A DNA stretch of 32,000 bases. It comes from Nonlabens ponticola (GTDB taxonomy: Bacteria > Bacteroidota > Bacteroidia > Flavobacteriales > Flavobacteriaceae). The stretch is taken from NCBI RefSeq assembly GCF_003966335.1, contig NZ_CP034549.1:1-32000 (forward strand). The letters are read 5' to 3'. A program made the position numbers and the translations under genes. Below, in pieces: positions 8,636 to 17,156 of this stretch (positions within the stretch are counted from its first letter, which is position 1; each line of letters opens with the position of its first letter). The notes under the pieces are model-generated. The model saw nothing but the letters and a program-made list of their open reading frames with translations. It was not told where the DNA came from and did no database searches.

Positions 8636-9394
8636 TTAATTTCTGCTATCGATAAGCGCTACCGCTTCACGTTTCAAAATTTTAAAGCCGTCCTCGACAA
8701 TATTTTGAAGCCTGTCCTGTCGTCTCGCTTCCAGATCCCATTCCGTTTCTCGCAGTAGTTGTTGAGGATTTATTGACGCGTTGGTGATCATGGTTTTCGT
8801 TGCCTTGCTTTGTAAGGCTTGATCTAATAATCTATTAGCTTCGTCCTTTGGTGAGAGTGCAACATCAGCTGCTTTAGAACTAACGATGTCATCTGCGGGT
8901 TCATCCATTGTGGATGGCTCTTCAATGATGGCAATGGCTTCTATCGGTTCAGATTGCGTAGCAATTGAAGATTTGTATGATTGTGATTTCGATTTGTTTC
9001 TTTCTTTGACAGTGCTTGTGGATCGTTTGGTGTCTTTTTTTATTCGCTTGGGTTCTGCAACAACTATAGCTTCTTGTAGGAACGGCTTTCTTTTACTTGA
9101 CTTAACTTCTTCCGCATCTGGTTCAGTTGTTATGACTGATTCGCTACTAACATCATTTTCCAATACAACTGTATTTTCTGGTGACGAGCTCATTTCATTA
9201 TTTGAAGTAATCACTGGTACTGCAATCAATCCTAAAATCAATATGGCCGCTATCGCGCCTAGCCAATAAATCACCGGTTTTTCATTGGTGCTTTTCTGTT
9301 CTGCATCTAGCATTCCTGATAATCGATCCCAAGAGTCTGCGCTAGGCTGGATCTCACGGTTATCAAATTTCTTCTTCATATTCTCAAGCTTCAT
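8636..9394 (-). CDS. single-pass membrane protein, putative anti-sigma factor
   Basis: It overlaps the upstream ECF sigma gene by 11 nt. It has a short N-terminal cytoplasmic segment, one TM helix (VIYWLGAIAAILILGLIAVPVI) and a Ser/Lys/Glu-rich low-complexity extracytoplasmic region. No HxxxCxxC zinc motif is present. Confidence 0.5.
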   Translation of the reverse strand: MKLENMKKKFDNREIQPSADSWDRLSGMLDAEQKSTNEKPVIYWLGAIAAILILGLIAVPVITSNNEMSSSPENTVVLENDVSSESVITTEPDAEEVKSSKRKPFLQEAIVVAEPKRIKKDTKRSTSTVKERNKSKSQSYKSSIATQSEPIEAIAIIEEPSTMDEPADDIVSSKAADVALSPKDEANRLLDQALQSKATKTMITNASINPQQLLRETEWDLEARRQDRLQNIVEDGFKILKREAVALIDSRN

Positions 9395-9947
9395 AATGTT
9401 TCTTCTTTAATAGGGTCAATTGTTCTTGTAACATCAATCGCGCCTTGCGGTATTGACTTTTGCTGGTATTCTCACTTATGGATAGCATGATGGCAATCTC
9501 GCGATGTTTTAAACCGTCTAGTGCAAACATTACAAAAACACTTTTATAACCATCTGGCAAGGTGTCGATGCATTGCTGGATTTGATCAAGTGGCACATCT
9601 TCACTATCATCTTCAACCACATCTTCAAACTGATCGTCATCGATCTCACTACTCCATTTATAGGTTTGCTTTTTACGTAGGCAGTTAAGACATTCACGTA
9701 TCATGATGCGTCGCACCCAACCTTCAAAACTTCCTTCGTGGTTAAAAGTATCCAGCTTAGTAAACACCTTTAAAAAACCATTGAGCATGATTTCTTCTGC
9801 GCTCTCTATAGGTGAGATGTATTGGCGGCAAACACTCAGCATTTTACCAGCGTGCTTATCGTATAGTCGACGTTGCGACTTGCGATCACCCTTTGCGGCT
9901 CGCTCGATAAGTTTTTTCTCGTTAGTGTATAGCTGAATCACCTTCAC
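9384..9947 (-). CDS. ECF-type RNA polymerase sigma-70 family factor
   Basis: The region 2 sequence is LYDKHAGKMLSVCRQYI...FEGWVRRIMIRECLNCLRK. The region 4 HTH is LPDGYKSVFVMFALDGLKHREIAIMLSISENTSKSQYRKARLML. The start codon appears to be GTG. Confidence 0.85.
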   Translation of the reverse strand: MKVIQLYTNEKKLIERAAKGDRKSQRRLYDKHAGKMLSVCRQYISPIESAEEIMLNGFLKVFTKLDTFNHEGSFEGWVRRIMIRECLNCLRKKQTYKWSSEIDDDQFEDVVEDDSEDVPLDQIQQCIDTLPDGYKSVFVMFALDGLKHREIAIMLSISENTSKSQYRKARLMLQEQLTLLKKKHYEA

Positions 9948-10195
9948 AATTTACATGCTTTCTATTTACATAGACACAGGTGCATTTGAAAGGTTGTCTG
10001 GTGAGGTGAAAAAATGATAGTATTCTCTGCTTACTCTTACGTGAGCTCGGTTGTAACGGCTGCGCCGTGGCATTTCCCAAGAGGGAAAAGTTTATTTTTC
10101 TAATGGAAACTTGGACGTTGAGAGGCGCGGTCCTCAATTTTAAACCTAAACTTGAAAATCCAAGGAAACATGAAACAGACCATCAACTAAAAAGC

Positions 10196-11086
10196 CTACT
10201 TGTTATCACCTTTATAGCCAAAACGCCTTAATTGTTTCTCATCACTACGCCAGTTCTTATTCACTTTTACATACAACTCAAGATGGACTTGCTTGCCGAA
10301 GAATTTCTCAAGATCCTTCCTTGCCTCAACGCCTACGCGTTTTACCGCTGTCCCTTTATGACCTATAATGATTCCTTTTTGAGTCTCGCGCTCCACCATA
10401 ATAACTGATCGTATGCGGATGATATTCTCGTCCTCAAAAAACTCCTCAGTATCAATTTCTACTGAATACGGAATTTCTTTCTTGTAATGAATCAGGATTT
10501 TCTCGCGTATGCTCTCATTGACAAAAAAGCGTTCTGGCTTGTCAGTAAGAGCATCCTTGGGATAATAAGCCGGAGAAACTGGTAGTAATTCTATAATGCG
10601 GTTAAGCAATTGCGGTACACCAAAGTTTTCAAGTGCACTTATGGCAAAAATCTCAGCATTAGGCAAACGCTCTTTCCAATGGGACAAAGCTTCTGATAAT
10701 TGGTTCTCGTCGCCTTTGTCAATTTTGTTGATGAGTACAATAACCGGAACTTCCGCAAAGGTTAATCGCTTTTCAAAGTCTTCATTTTTGAGCTCTTTCT
10801 CACCTAGCTCTACCATATACAAGATGCAGTCTGCATCTTCAAAAGCATTCTTGACAAAATCCATCATGCTCTCTTGCAGCTTGTAAGCTGGTTTCATAAT
10901 ACCAGGTGTATCGCTCAATACCATCTGGAAGTCATCACCATTTACAATACCTAGAATCCTATGTCTAGTAGTTTGAGCCTTACTAGTAATGATAGACAAA
11001 CGCTCACCTACCAGAGCATTCATGAGCGTGCTCTTACCTACATTAGGGTTTCCTACAATATTTACAAATCCTGCCTTGTGTTCCAT
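10196..11086 (-). CDS. era: GTPase Era
   Basis: The G1 (GNPNVGKST), G3 (DTPG) and G4 (NKID) motifs are present. The C-terminal KH domain is VERETQKGIIIGHKGTAVKRVG. Confidence 0.93.
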   Translation of the reverse strand: MEHKAGFVNIVGNPNVGKSTLMNALVGERLSIITSKAQTTRHRILGIVNGDDFQMVLSDTPGIMKPAYKLQESMMDFVKNAFEDADCILYMVELGEKELKNEDFEKRLTFAEVPVIVLINKIDKGDENQLSEALSHWKERLPNAEIFAISALENFGVPQLLNRIIELLPVSPAYYPKDALTDKPERFFVNESIREKILIHYKKEIPYSVEIDTEEFFEDENIIRIRSVIMVERETQKGIIIGHKGTAVKRVGVEARKDLEKFFGKQVHLELYVKVNKNWRSDEKQLRRFGYKGDNK

Positions 11087-11181
11087 ACTGTAAAGTTAGT
11101 CCAATTAAAAATCAATGACGCCAGCGTTATCACCAAGCGGTAAAATATTGTTAAGCGCATAGTATCATGGATTCAAAAAAT

Positions 11182-11189
11182 TATTTTTG
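11182..11189 (+). promoter_or_regulatory. candidate -7 box TATTTTTG just upstream of the mscS-like ATG
   Basis: It matches TAnnTTTG. It overlaps the TTG start listed in the ORF track, which suggests the true start is the ATG at 11196 or 11199. Confidence 0.25.
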
Positions 11190-12245
11190 AAAGATATGAT
11201 GTTGACAATTTTACAATTAGCCCAAGCGGCTCAAGATAAATCCAAAGAAAATTCAGGCGGATCTGGATCAGGCGGTTCAGAGTCTGGTGGTAGTGCAGCC
11301 GATAAAGCTGCCAATGGTGCCGAGAAAGGTAAAGATGCCGTTGAGCTTATTCTAGGACAGCTAGAATCGTGGTACACCAGTTTTATAGAAAACCTACCCA
11401 ACCTTGCCGTAGCGATCGTATTTCTAGTAGTAGCATTTTTTGTTTCTAGATGGGTCAATACAGGTGTTCAAAAATTACTTAACCATCGAGTACCACAAAA
11501 AAGCATCAAGAGAATCGCAGGTAAGTTTGCAGCGGTCATCGTTGTGCTTGCAGGTATTTTTATAGCGTTGAGTGTCATGAACCTAGACGATCTAGTAAGC
11601 GGTATCATCGCCGGTGCTGGTATATCTGGTCTAGTGGTAGGTCTTGCCTTGCAAGGCACATTATCTAACACCGTTAGTGGTGTAGTGTTATCCTTCCGTA
11701 AGCAAGTGCGCATAGGCGATTGGGTAACCACAAATGGTTATGAAGGCGAGATCGTGGATATAAAATTGAGCACCACCGTAGTAAAAGAGCCTGACAATAA
11801 TCTAGTCATCATTCCCAACAAGATGGTATTAGAAAACCCTATGAAGAACGCATCATTGACTGATAAAATGCGTATCATCATTGAGTGCGGTGTTGGTTAT
11901 GAGACAGACTTACAACATGCCAAGGATGTTGCGTGTAAAGCAATAAGCGATGCGTTTGAAGATGTAGAAAAGCCAGAAGATGTAGAGTTTTACTACCGTG
12001 AATTCGGCGACAGTAGTATCAATTTTATGTTGCGATTTTGGTACAATGCAGAGCGTGGTATCGAACGATTAACATCGACCAGTAAGGCTATCATGGCAAT
12101 TAAAAAGGCTTATGATAACGAGGATATTAATATTCCATTCCCAATACGTACGCTGCAATTTGACAACGAGCTCACAATGAACCAACCGTCAAAAAGCAAG
12201 AAGAAAGGAAATGACAAGACCCAATCTTCTGCTGAAGAAGAGTAG
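11187..12245 (+). CDS. mechanosensitive ion channel (MscS family)
   Basis: TM helices are followed by the MscS beta-domain signature IGDWVTTNGYEGEIVDIKLSTTVVKEPDNNLVIIPNKMV. The N-terminus has a Gly/Ser-rich low-complexity stretch. The likely start is the ATG at 11196. Confidence 0.85.
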   Translation: MKDMMLTILQLAQAAQDKSKENSGGSGSGGSESGGSAADKAANGAEKGKDAVELILGQLESWYTSFIENLPNLAVAIVFLVVAFFVSRWVNTGVQKLLNHRVPQKSIKRIAGKFAAVIVVLAGIFIALSVMNLDDLVSGIIAGAGISGLVVGLALQGTLSNTVSGVVLSFRKQVRIGDWVTTNGYEGEIVDIKLSTTVVKEPDNNLVIIPNKMVLENPMKNASLTDKMRIIIECGVGYETDLQHAKDVACKAISDAFEDVEKPEDVEFYYREFGDSSINFMLRFWYNAERGIERLTSTSKAIMAIKKAYDNEDINIPFPIRTLQFDNELTMNQPSKSKKKGNDKTQSSAEEE

Positions 12246-12271
12246 CAACTTGTTATAAATTATTTGAGATT

Positions 12272-12301
12272 AAATCCTGCTTGTAATAAGCAGGATTTTT
12301 T
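12272..12301 (+). terminator. rho-independent terminator of the MscS gene
   Basis: An 11-bp stem (AAATCCTGCTT / AAGCAGGATTT) has the loop GTAAT and is followed by T6. Confidence 0.8.
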
Positions 12302-12306
12302 GTGAA

Positions 12307-12324
12307 TTACGCTTTCGCGAAAGC
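12307..12324. repeat. partial copy of the palindromic element (TTACGCTTTCGCGAAAGC)
   Basis: It has the same core as the copies at 6480 and 17127, with the right arm truncated. It lies immediately after the MscS terminator. Confidence 0.75.
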
Positions 12325-12437
12325 AAAATCATCACCAAAACCATGACATGAATAATCAATCTTAACAAAAGAATAAGCATGTCAACAAAATAAGCGAGCC
12401 AAAAAAAGGTTGTAACCATACCTTAAAACCCTAAAAA

Positions 12438-13295
12438 ATGAAAAACTACCCAAAAGTAGTTGCTGCATCCCTTGTAGCTGCTGCAATGACAGTAAGTTGT
12501 GTATCAAAGAAAAAATACACAGAACTTGAAAACGATTACAATAACACTCGATCAGAGCTTGTGAAAACTCGAGTAGCTAAAGAAGATCTTGAGGCAAGAT
12601 TTGAGGCTATCGAACAACGCGTGGATCGCTACAACGAGAAAATCGCATCTCTACAAGCATCGCAAGAAGGCATGATGGTCAAGACTGCAGATGGTGACCT
12701 TGTGTTAAGCGATAAGAACAAGGCGGCCATGCGTCGTACATTACAAAATGTGCCTAGCGAAAAATTATCAGGAGCCACAACACTCAAGGACAGTGTAAAT
12801 CTTGCCATATCATATAAAATGAGCCAGCGACTATCTGGCGTCAATGAAGGCAAGAACATTGACATGAAGATAGAAAACACCGTAGTCATGATTGAGATCG
12901 CCGATGAAATGCTATTTAACGACAGTAGTTACCGTGTTGGCAACAAGGCGGATGATATCCTTGAAAAAATCGCACAAGTCGTCAATAGCGAGCCGTCACT
13001 AGAGGTTCTAATTGAAGGACATACCGATAGTCGCACTGTGCGAGAAGGCAGCTACATCAAAGACAATTGGGACCTGAGTACAGAACGTGCTGCGGCAATC
13101 GCTAGAAGATTGTCAACTAAATTTGAGGTGCCCAACGAGCAATTAATCGTTGCAGGTAGAGCAAGTTATGATCCAGTTGCAGCAAACGATAGCAATGAGA
13201 ATCGAGCGCGCAACAGGAGAACCCAAATCATCATCATGCCAGATCTCGATAAATTCTTTGGAATGCTAGAAAGTGAGACTCAAATTGTTAATTAG
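12438..13295 (+). CDS. OmpA/MotB-domain lipoprotein with N-terminal coiled coil
   Basis: The lipobox is AAMTVSC. The C-terminal OmpA-like domain is IEGHTDSRTV...NWDLSTERAAAIARRL...NRARNRRTQIII. Confidence 0.85.
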   Translation: MKNYPKVVAASLVAAAMTVSCVSKKKYTELENDYNNTRSELVKTRVAKEDLEARFEAIEQRVDRYNEKIASLQASQEGMMVKTADGDLVLSDKNKAAMRRTLQNVPSEKLSGATTLKDSVNLAISYKMSQRLSGVNEGKNIDMKIENTVVMIEIADEMLFNDSSYRVGNKADDILEKIAQVVNSEPSLEVLIEGHTDSRTVREGSYIKDNWDLSTERAAAIARRLSTKFEVPNEQLIVAGRASYDPVAANDSNENRARNRRTQIIIMPDLDKFFGMLESETQIVN

Positions 13296-13449
13296 CAATT
13301 CTTTTTAATTTTCATTGATCTTGTATTTAACACGCGGCCAGCTGACTCATGTATAACGCGCCGTTAAAGGCAAGGTCTAAATTGTTAAATATCCTTTAAT
13401 CTATTGGTAAACAAACGTTATGAGCGATGCGTGCGAGCGCATCCTCATA

Positions 13450-13457
13450 TACCTTTG
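13450..13457 (+). promoter_or_regulatory. candidate -7 box TACCTTTG upstream of the fasciclin gene
   Basis: This is an exact TAnnTTTG match, 22 nt upstream of the ATG at 13480. No clear -33 element is present. Confidence 0.3.
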
Positions 13458-13479
13458 ATTCACAATTAAATCAACAATT

Positions 13480-14133
13480 ATGAATTTTACAAAAGTATTG
13501 AGTATCGCATTGATCGCAGGAACAGTTACACTTGTTTCCTGTAATGATGCAGAGAAAGAAAAAGCAGAAAAAGAAAAAATGGAAATGGAGCAGCGCGCAG
13601 CAGACTCTGTAGCCATGGAAGAGCAAAAAATGAAAGAGCGTGAAGACAACGCAATGATGGTAGGTGGTGCAAAAATGTACCAAGATCAGACTATCGTTGA
13701 GAATGCTTCAAAAGCTAACAACTTGACAACTCTTGTAGCGGCAGTAAAAGCAGCTGGTCTTGTAGAGACTCTTAACAGTGATGGTCCATTTACAGTATTT
13801 GCACCGGTAGATGATGCATTTGCAGCACTACCTGATGGAACTGTAAGCACATTATTGAAGCCAGAGAACAAAGAAACTCTTTCTGGTATCTTAACTTACC
13901 ACGTGGTAAGCGGTAACGTTGATGCAGCATCATTGACTAAAATGATTCAAGACAACAACGGTAGCGTAACTGTGGACACGGTAAACGGTGGTAAACTAAC
14001 AGCAGCTATTGAAGGTGGTAATGTAGTTATTACTGATGCTAAAGGTGGAAAAGCAACTGTAGTAGTTGCAGACATCAAGCAATCTAATGGTGTAGTACAT
14101 GCAGTAGATGCAGTATTGATGCCAGCTAGCTAG
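13480..14133 (+). CDS. fasciclin (FAS1) domain lipoprotein
   Basis: The lipobox is VTLVSC, followed by a Glu/Lys-rich linker. The FAS1 motifs TVFAPVDDAFAALP and NGVVHAVDAVLMP are present. Confidence 0.88.
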   Translation: MNFTKVLSIALIAGTVTLVSCNDAEKEKAEKEKMEMEQRAADSVAMEEQKMKEREDNAMMVGGAKMYQDQTIVENASKANNLTTLVAAVKAAGLVETLNSDGPFTVFAPVDDAFAALPDGTVSTLLKPENKETLSGILTYHVVSGNVDAASLTKMIQDNNGSVTVDTVNGGKLTAAIEGGNVVITDAKGGKATVVVADIKQSNGVVHAVDAVLMPAS

Positions 14134-14158
14134 GAGTTAACGTCCTTTTAAAAATTAG

Positions 14159-14189
14159 AAAGCCTGAAGCGATGCTTCAGGCTTTTTTT
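14159..14189. terminator. bidirectional rho-independent terminator between convergent genes
   Basis: A 12-bp stem (AAAGCCTGAAGC / GCTTCAGGCTTT) has the loop GAT. T-runs flank it on both strands. Confidence 0.8.
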
Positions 14190-14210
14190 ATGGTACACAA
14201 TTAATTGCTC

Positions 14211-17054
14211 TTACTTGATCAACTTTATATTCTTGATGTTAAGTTGTTTAAGTCGTTCAAATTGTGTGGCTGCATCGCCTACAATAACATAATACATAGC
14301 ATCTGGATTGATGTACTGCTGGGCGAGAACCTTCACTTGCTCTACCGTTAAATTTCTAACATATTGTTGTTGCTGTAAGGCATAGTCTGCAGGTTTGTCA
14401 AATGACTGCATCGTATTAAGTAATTGCAATTTTGCTCCTGCGGTTTCATACTCTCTGGCACTTGATTTGACCATGTAGCTCTTTGTCACCTCAAGATCCT
14501 GGTCACTATAAGAATTGGCATAGTTTCTCAATATATTTCTTATTAGAGCAGTTGACTCTAACGTGACATTGCTGCGCACACCACTGCTCAATGTAAATTC
14601 ACCTAGGTCCTCGTTTCCTGTAAATCTAGAGCCTATGCCATAGGTGTAACCTTTTGCTTCACGCAACTGTTGCATCAATTGGCTTGCAAATCCACCACCG
14701 CCTAAACGATAGTTCATGACCTCTACCGCATAATAATCTGGATGCATCGCAGAAATTGATGGGTTCCCGAATCTCAATACCGATTGTTTTGCACCAGGAA
14801 CATCATAAAATAAAACGATTGGCTCACTAATGGCTGGTGCTGGGTCATAAACCGGTATTTCCATACCAACGGTCGTCCAGCGCTCATTTAAACTGGTTAA
14901 TGACTGACCGATGGAATCTTGATCTATATCACCTACCACCATAAAAGATGTATTTGATGGTGCCATCGCCGTTGCATAGTATTGCTTAAGGTCATTGATC
15001 GACAAACTGCCAACTGTTTCTACTGTTCCTAGGCCGCTGTGTGATAATACGTGATCGTCACCGTAGAGCGCCTTATAATATTTAGAAGACGCGATGGCAT
15101 TAGGATTACCCAGCTGCTCTTCAATAGCGCTCAAGGCTTGTTTCTTGAGTATTTCAAACTCTTCTTCATCCCAACGTGGTTGTAGCAGTATTTCTTCAAC
15201 AAGCTCCATGGTTTTATCATAATTGCGTGCCAATGTGGTACCCGTAGTAGTGACTGATTCATTTCCTGCAAAAATATTGATGCTCGTTCCCAGATCATCA
15301 AGCGCTTCTTCTAGCTGTTGCACACTTTTATCTTGAGTTCCTTTAAGCATTAACAAGGCAGTTAGTCTAGCGGCACCAGCCTTATCTGCAGGCTCTAATA
15401 ATTGTCCACCTGCTATTTCCATATTAAAAGTGACTAAGGGTACCTCGTCATTAGTAATCCCGTAGATCTTAATACCACTTGATAAACTATCAGTCCATAC
15501 TTCTGGAACTTTTAGTGAAGGTTCTGCACCGTAAGCTGGTTCTATACTACGATCAAAGGACGATGGTGTTTTCTCGTAAGTTGCGACAACATTGGGATCC
15601 ACATTATCATTGGCATTATTGACAATTACTTCTTCTACTACCGTTGCCATTTTTGAATCTTTTAATGCTAGTGAACTAGCACCACGAGGCACAAAACTAG
15701 TAGCAATGTATGGTTTGTCCTTAATGTATTTTTTGAACACTCGATTCACATCATTTACCGTTACTGATTTGATGTTTTCAAGATCTTTGTTAATAAACGC
15801 AGCATCGCCAGCAAAAATTTCATATTGTGCAAGCTGGAATCCCTTGCCAAGTACGCTGGAAAGACCGCGGTAAAATTGAGTCTCGTTTTGAGTCTTAATG
15901 CGTTCTAACGCTTCACTCGTGATTGGATTTTGATTATAATTTGCAAACGTATTCATCACTGCATCATGAACACTGTCTAGATCCACCTCCTCAAACGCTC
16001 TAACGGTCAACTTTACATCGCCTGCAAGCTCACCAGAATTATTTCTCATGGATACACGGGTCGCCATATTCAAACTATCAATGAGTACTTGATTTAAAGG
16101 TGCTGCTTTACCGTCTGACATATATCTGACAAGCATATTAAGAGCATAGTAGTCCTTACTGTATTGCTTGACGCCAGGCCAGGTCATGCTCAATTGTGGC
16201 AACCTGGCAAAGTTATCTTCATACATCAAGCGCTTTGAATTAGCTAATGCCACAGCAGGAACGCTTTGCTCTTCAAGCTTTTCTCCAGTTGGTATCTCAC
16301 CAAAGTATTTTTCTATCCATTCTTTTGCCTGAGCTTTTTCAAAATCTCCTGCGATTGTGAGTACCGTATTTCTAGGCGTATAATACTTACCGTAAAATTG
16401 TTTAACATCTTCTAGCGTGGCGTTTTGTAAATCTTCCAGTGAGCCTATGACCTGCCAATGATATGGATGATTTTCAGGATACAGATTGCGATCGATTACA
16501 TAATCCTCGTGGCCATACGGTTGATTATCCACACCTTGACGCTTCTCGTTTTTTACCACTTGCTTTTCTTTGGCAAGCACTGGTTGAGTCACTGTATTGA
16601 TAAAATACCCAAGTTTATCAGCCTCTGCCCAGATCATTTTTTCTAGCGCATCATTAGGTACCGTCTGGTAATAATTTGTCCTATCCCGATTTGTGGAACC
16701 GTTGGCACCAGATCCACCTATGCGAGCACTCATGGCGTCCAAACCACCTCTTCCCAGGTTTTCAGATTCCAGGAATAGTAGATGTTCAAATAAGTGTGCA
16801 AAACCTGTACGTCCCTTTACTTCTCTCGCACTACCTACATGTGTTGTTAGCGCCACTGCCACGACTGGATCAGACGTATCAGTATGTAGCACTACGGTCA
16901 GTCCATTATCAAGCGTGTATTTCTCGATGTTTACATCAAGCGATTCATTAGTGGTTGTAGATTCCTCGTTCTTTTGCTTGCATGAGGTGATAAAAAAGGC
17001 AAGCAAGACTAGTAATAACGCTGAGTGCTTTAACATGGTGGTTATATTTTTCAT
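14211..17054 (-). CDS. M16 (pitrilysin/insulinase) family zinc peptidase, lipoprotein
   Basis: The inverted zincin motif HLFEHLLF (HxxEH) is present. The 947-aa size is consistent with a duplicated M16 unit. The signal peptide and lipobox are LLAFFITSC. Confidence 0.9.
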   Translation of the reverse strand: MKNITTMLKHSALLLVLLAFFITSCKQKNEESTTTNESLDVNIEKYTLDNGLTVVLHTDTSDPVVAVALTTHVGSAREVKGRTGFAHLFEHLLFLESENLGRGGLDAMSARIGGSGANGSTNRDRTNYYQTVPNDALEKMIWAEADKLGYFINTVTQPVLAKEKQVVKNEKRQGVDNQPYGHEDYVIDRNLYPENHPYHWQVIGSLEDLQNATLEDVKQFYGKYYTPRNTVLTIAGDFEKAQAKEWIEKYFGEIPTGEKLEEQSVPAVALANSKRLMYEDNFARLPQLSMTWPGVKQYSKDYYALNMLVRYMSDGKAAPLNQVLIDSLNMATRVSMRNNSGELAGDVKLTVRAFEEVDLDSVHDAVMNTFANYNQNPITSEALERIKTQNETQFYRGLSSVLGKGFQLAQYEIFAGDAAFINKDLENIKSVTVNDVNRVFKKYIKDKPYIATSFVPRGASSLALKDSKMATVVEEVIVNNANDNVDPNVVATYEKTPSSFDRSIEPAYGAEPSLKVPEVWTDSLSSGIKIYGITNDEVPLVTFNMEIAGGQLLEPADKAGAARLTALLMLKGTQDKSVQQLEEALDDLGTSINIFAGNESVTTTGTTLARNYDKTMELVEEILLQPRWDEEEFEILKKQALSAIEEQLGNPNAIASSKYYKALYGDDHVLSHSGLGTVETVGSLSINDLKQYYATAMAPSNTSFMVVGDIDQDSIGQSLTSLNERWTTVGMEIPVYDPAPAISEPIVLFYDVPGAKQSVLRFGNPSISAMHPDYYAVEVMNYRLGGGGFASQLMQQLREAKGYTYGIGSRFTGNEDLGEFTLSSGVRSNVTLESTALIRNILRNYANSYSDQDLEVTKSYMVKSSAREYETAGAKLQLLNTMQSFDKPADYALQQQQYVRNLTVEQVKVLAQQYINPDAMYYVIVGDAATQFERLKQLNIKNIKLIK

Positions 17055-17073
17055 GATATGAAATTAAGTGAAC

Positions 17074-17105
17074 TGCATAAATAAAGCCGCTATGATAGCG
17101 GCTTT
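17074..17105 (-). terminator. rho-independent terminator ending the T9SS cargo operon
   Basis: A 10-bp stem (AAAGCCGCTA / TAGCGGCTTT) has a 3-nt loop. On the minus strand it is followed by ATTTATG, which is U-rich. Confidence 0.65.
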
Positions 17106-17126
17106 TGTTACAATGATTTTTATGGA

Positions 17127-17148
17127 TTACGCTTTCGCGAAAGCGTAA
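17127..17148. repeat. perfect 22-bp palindrome TTACGCTTTCGCGAAAGCGTAA (REP-like element)
   Basis: The sequence is self-complementary. It sits in the 3' UTR between the OmpA-like stop (17157) and the terminator. Confidence 0.85.
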
Positions 17149-17156
17149 CAAGGCAT

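Noticed and set aside
10030-10060. A GUAA tetraloop followed by AAGCAG on the minus strand, which looked faintly like the SRP RNA domain IV apex
   Set aside because: The flanking sequence does not form the long helix 8-like hairpin, and the conserved 5'-side AGG loop is missing. The resemblance is too weak to call an ffs gene.
9922-10137. A 71-aa minus-strand ORF in the era-sigma spacer
   Set aside because: Its composition is not protein-like and I recognise no motif. It overlaps the sigma gene start and has no obvious ribosome-binding context. It is most likely a chance ORF in a regulatory spacer.
13426-13443. Hairpin GATGCG-TGCGAG-CGCATC upstream of the fasciclin gene
   Set aside because: The stem is only 6 bp with no flanking U-run or recognisable riboswitch or operator context. 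I cannot tell it from chance without comparative data.
13401-13683. Minus-strand ORFs overlapping the fasciclin gene start
   Set aside because: They are antisense to the Glu/Lys-rich (gaa/aaa-repeat) linker, which gives Phe/Ser-rich nonsense peptides. The + strand gene has clear FAS1 motifs.
16458-17151. ORFs 16676..16951 and 16693..17061 (+) and 16948..17151 (-) around the M16 peptidase 5' end
   Set aside because: The first two are antisense to the peptidase. The third runs through the palindromic element and the terminator hairpin (MLRFRESV...) and is a read-through artefact of the repeat.
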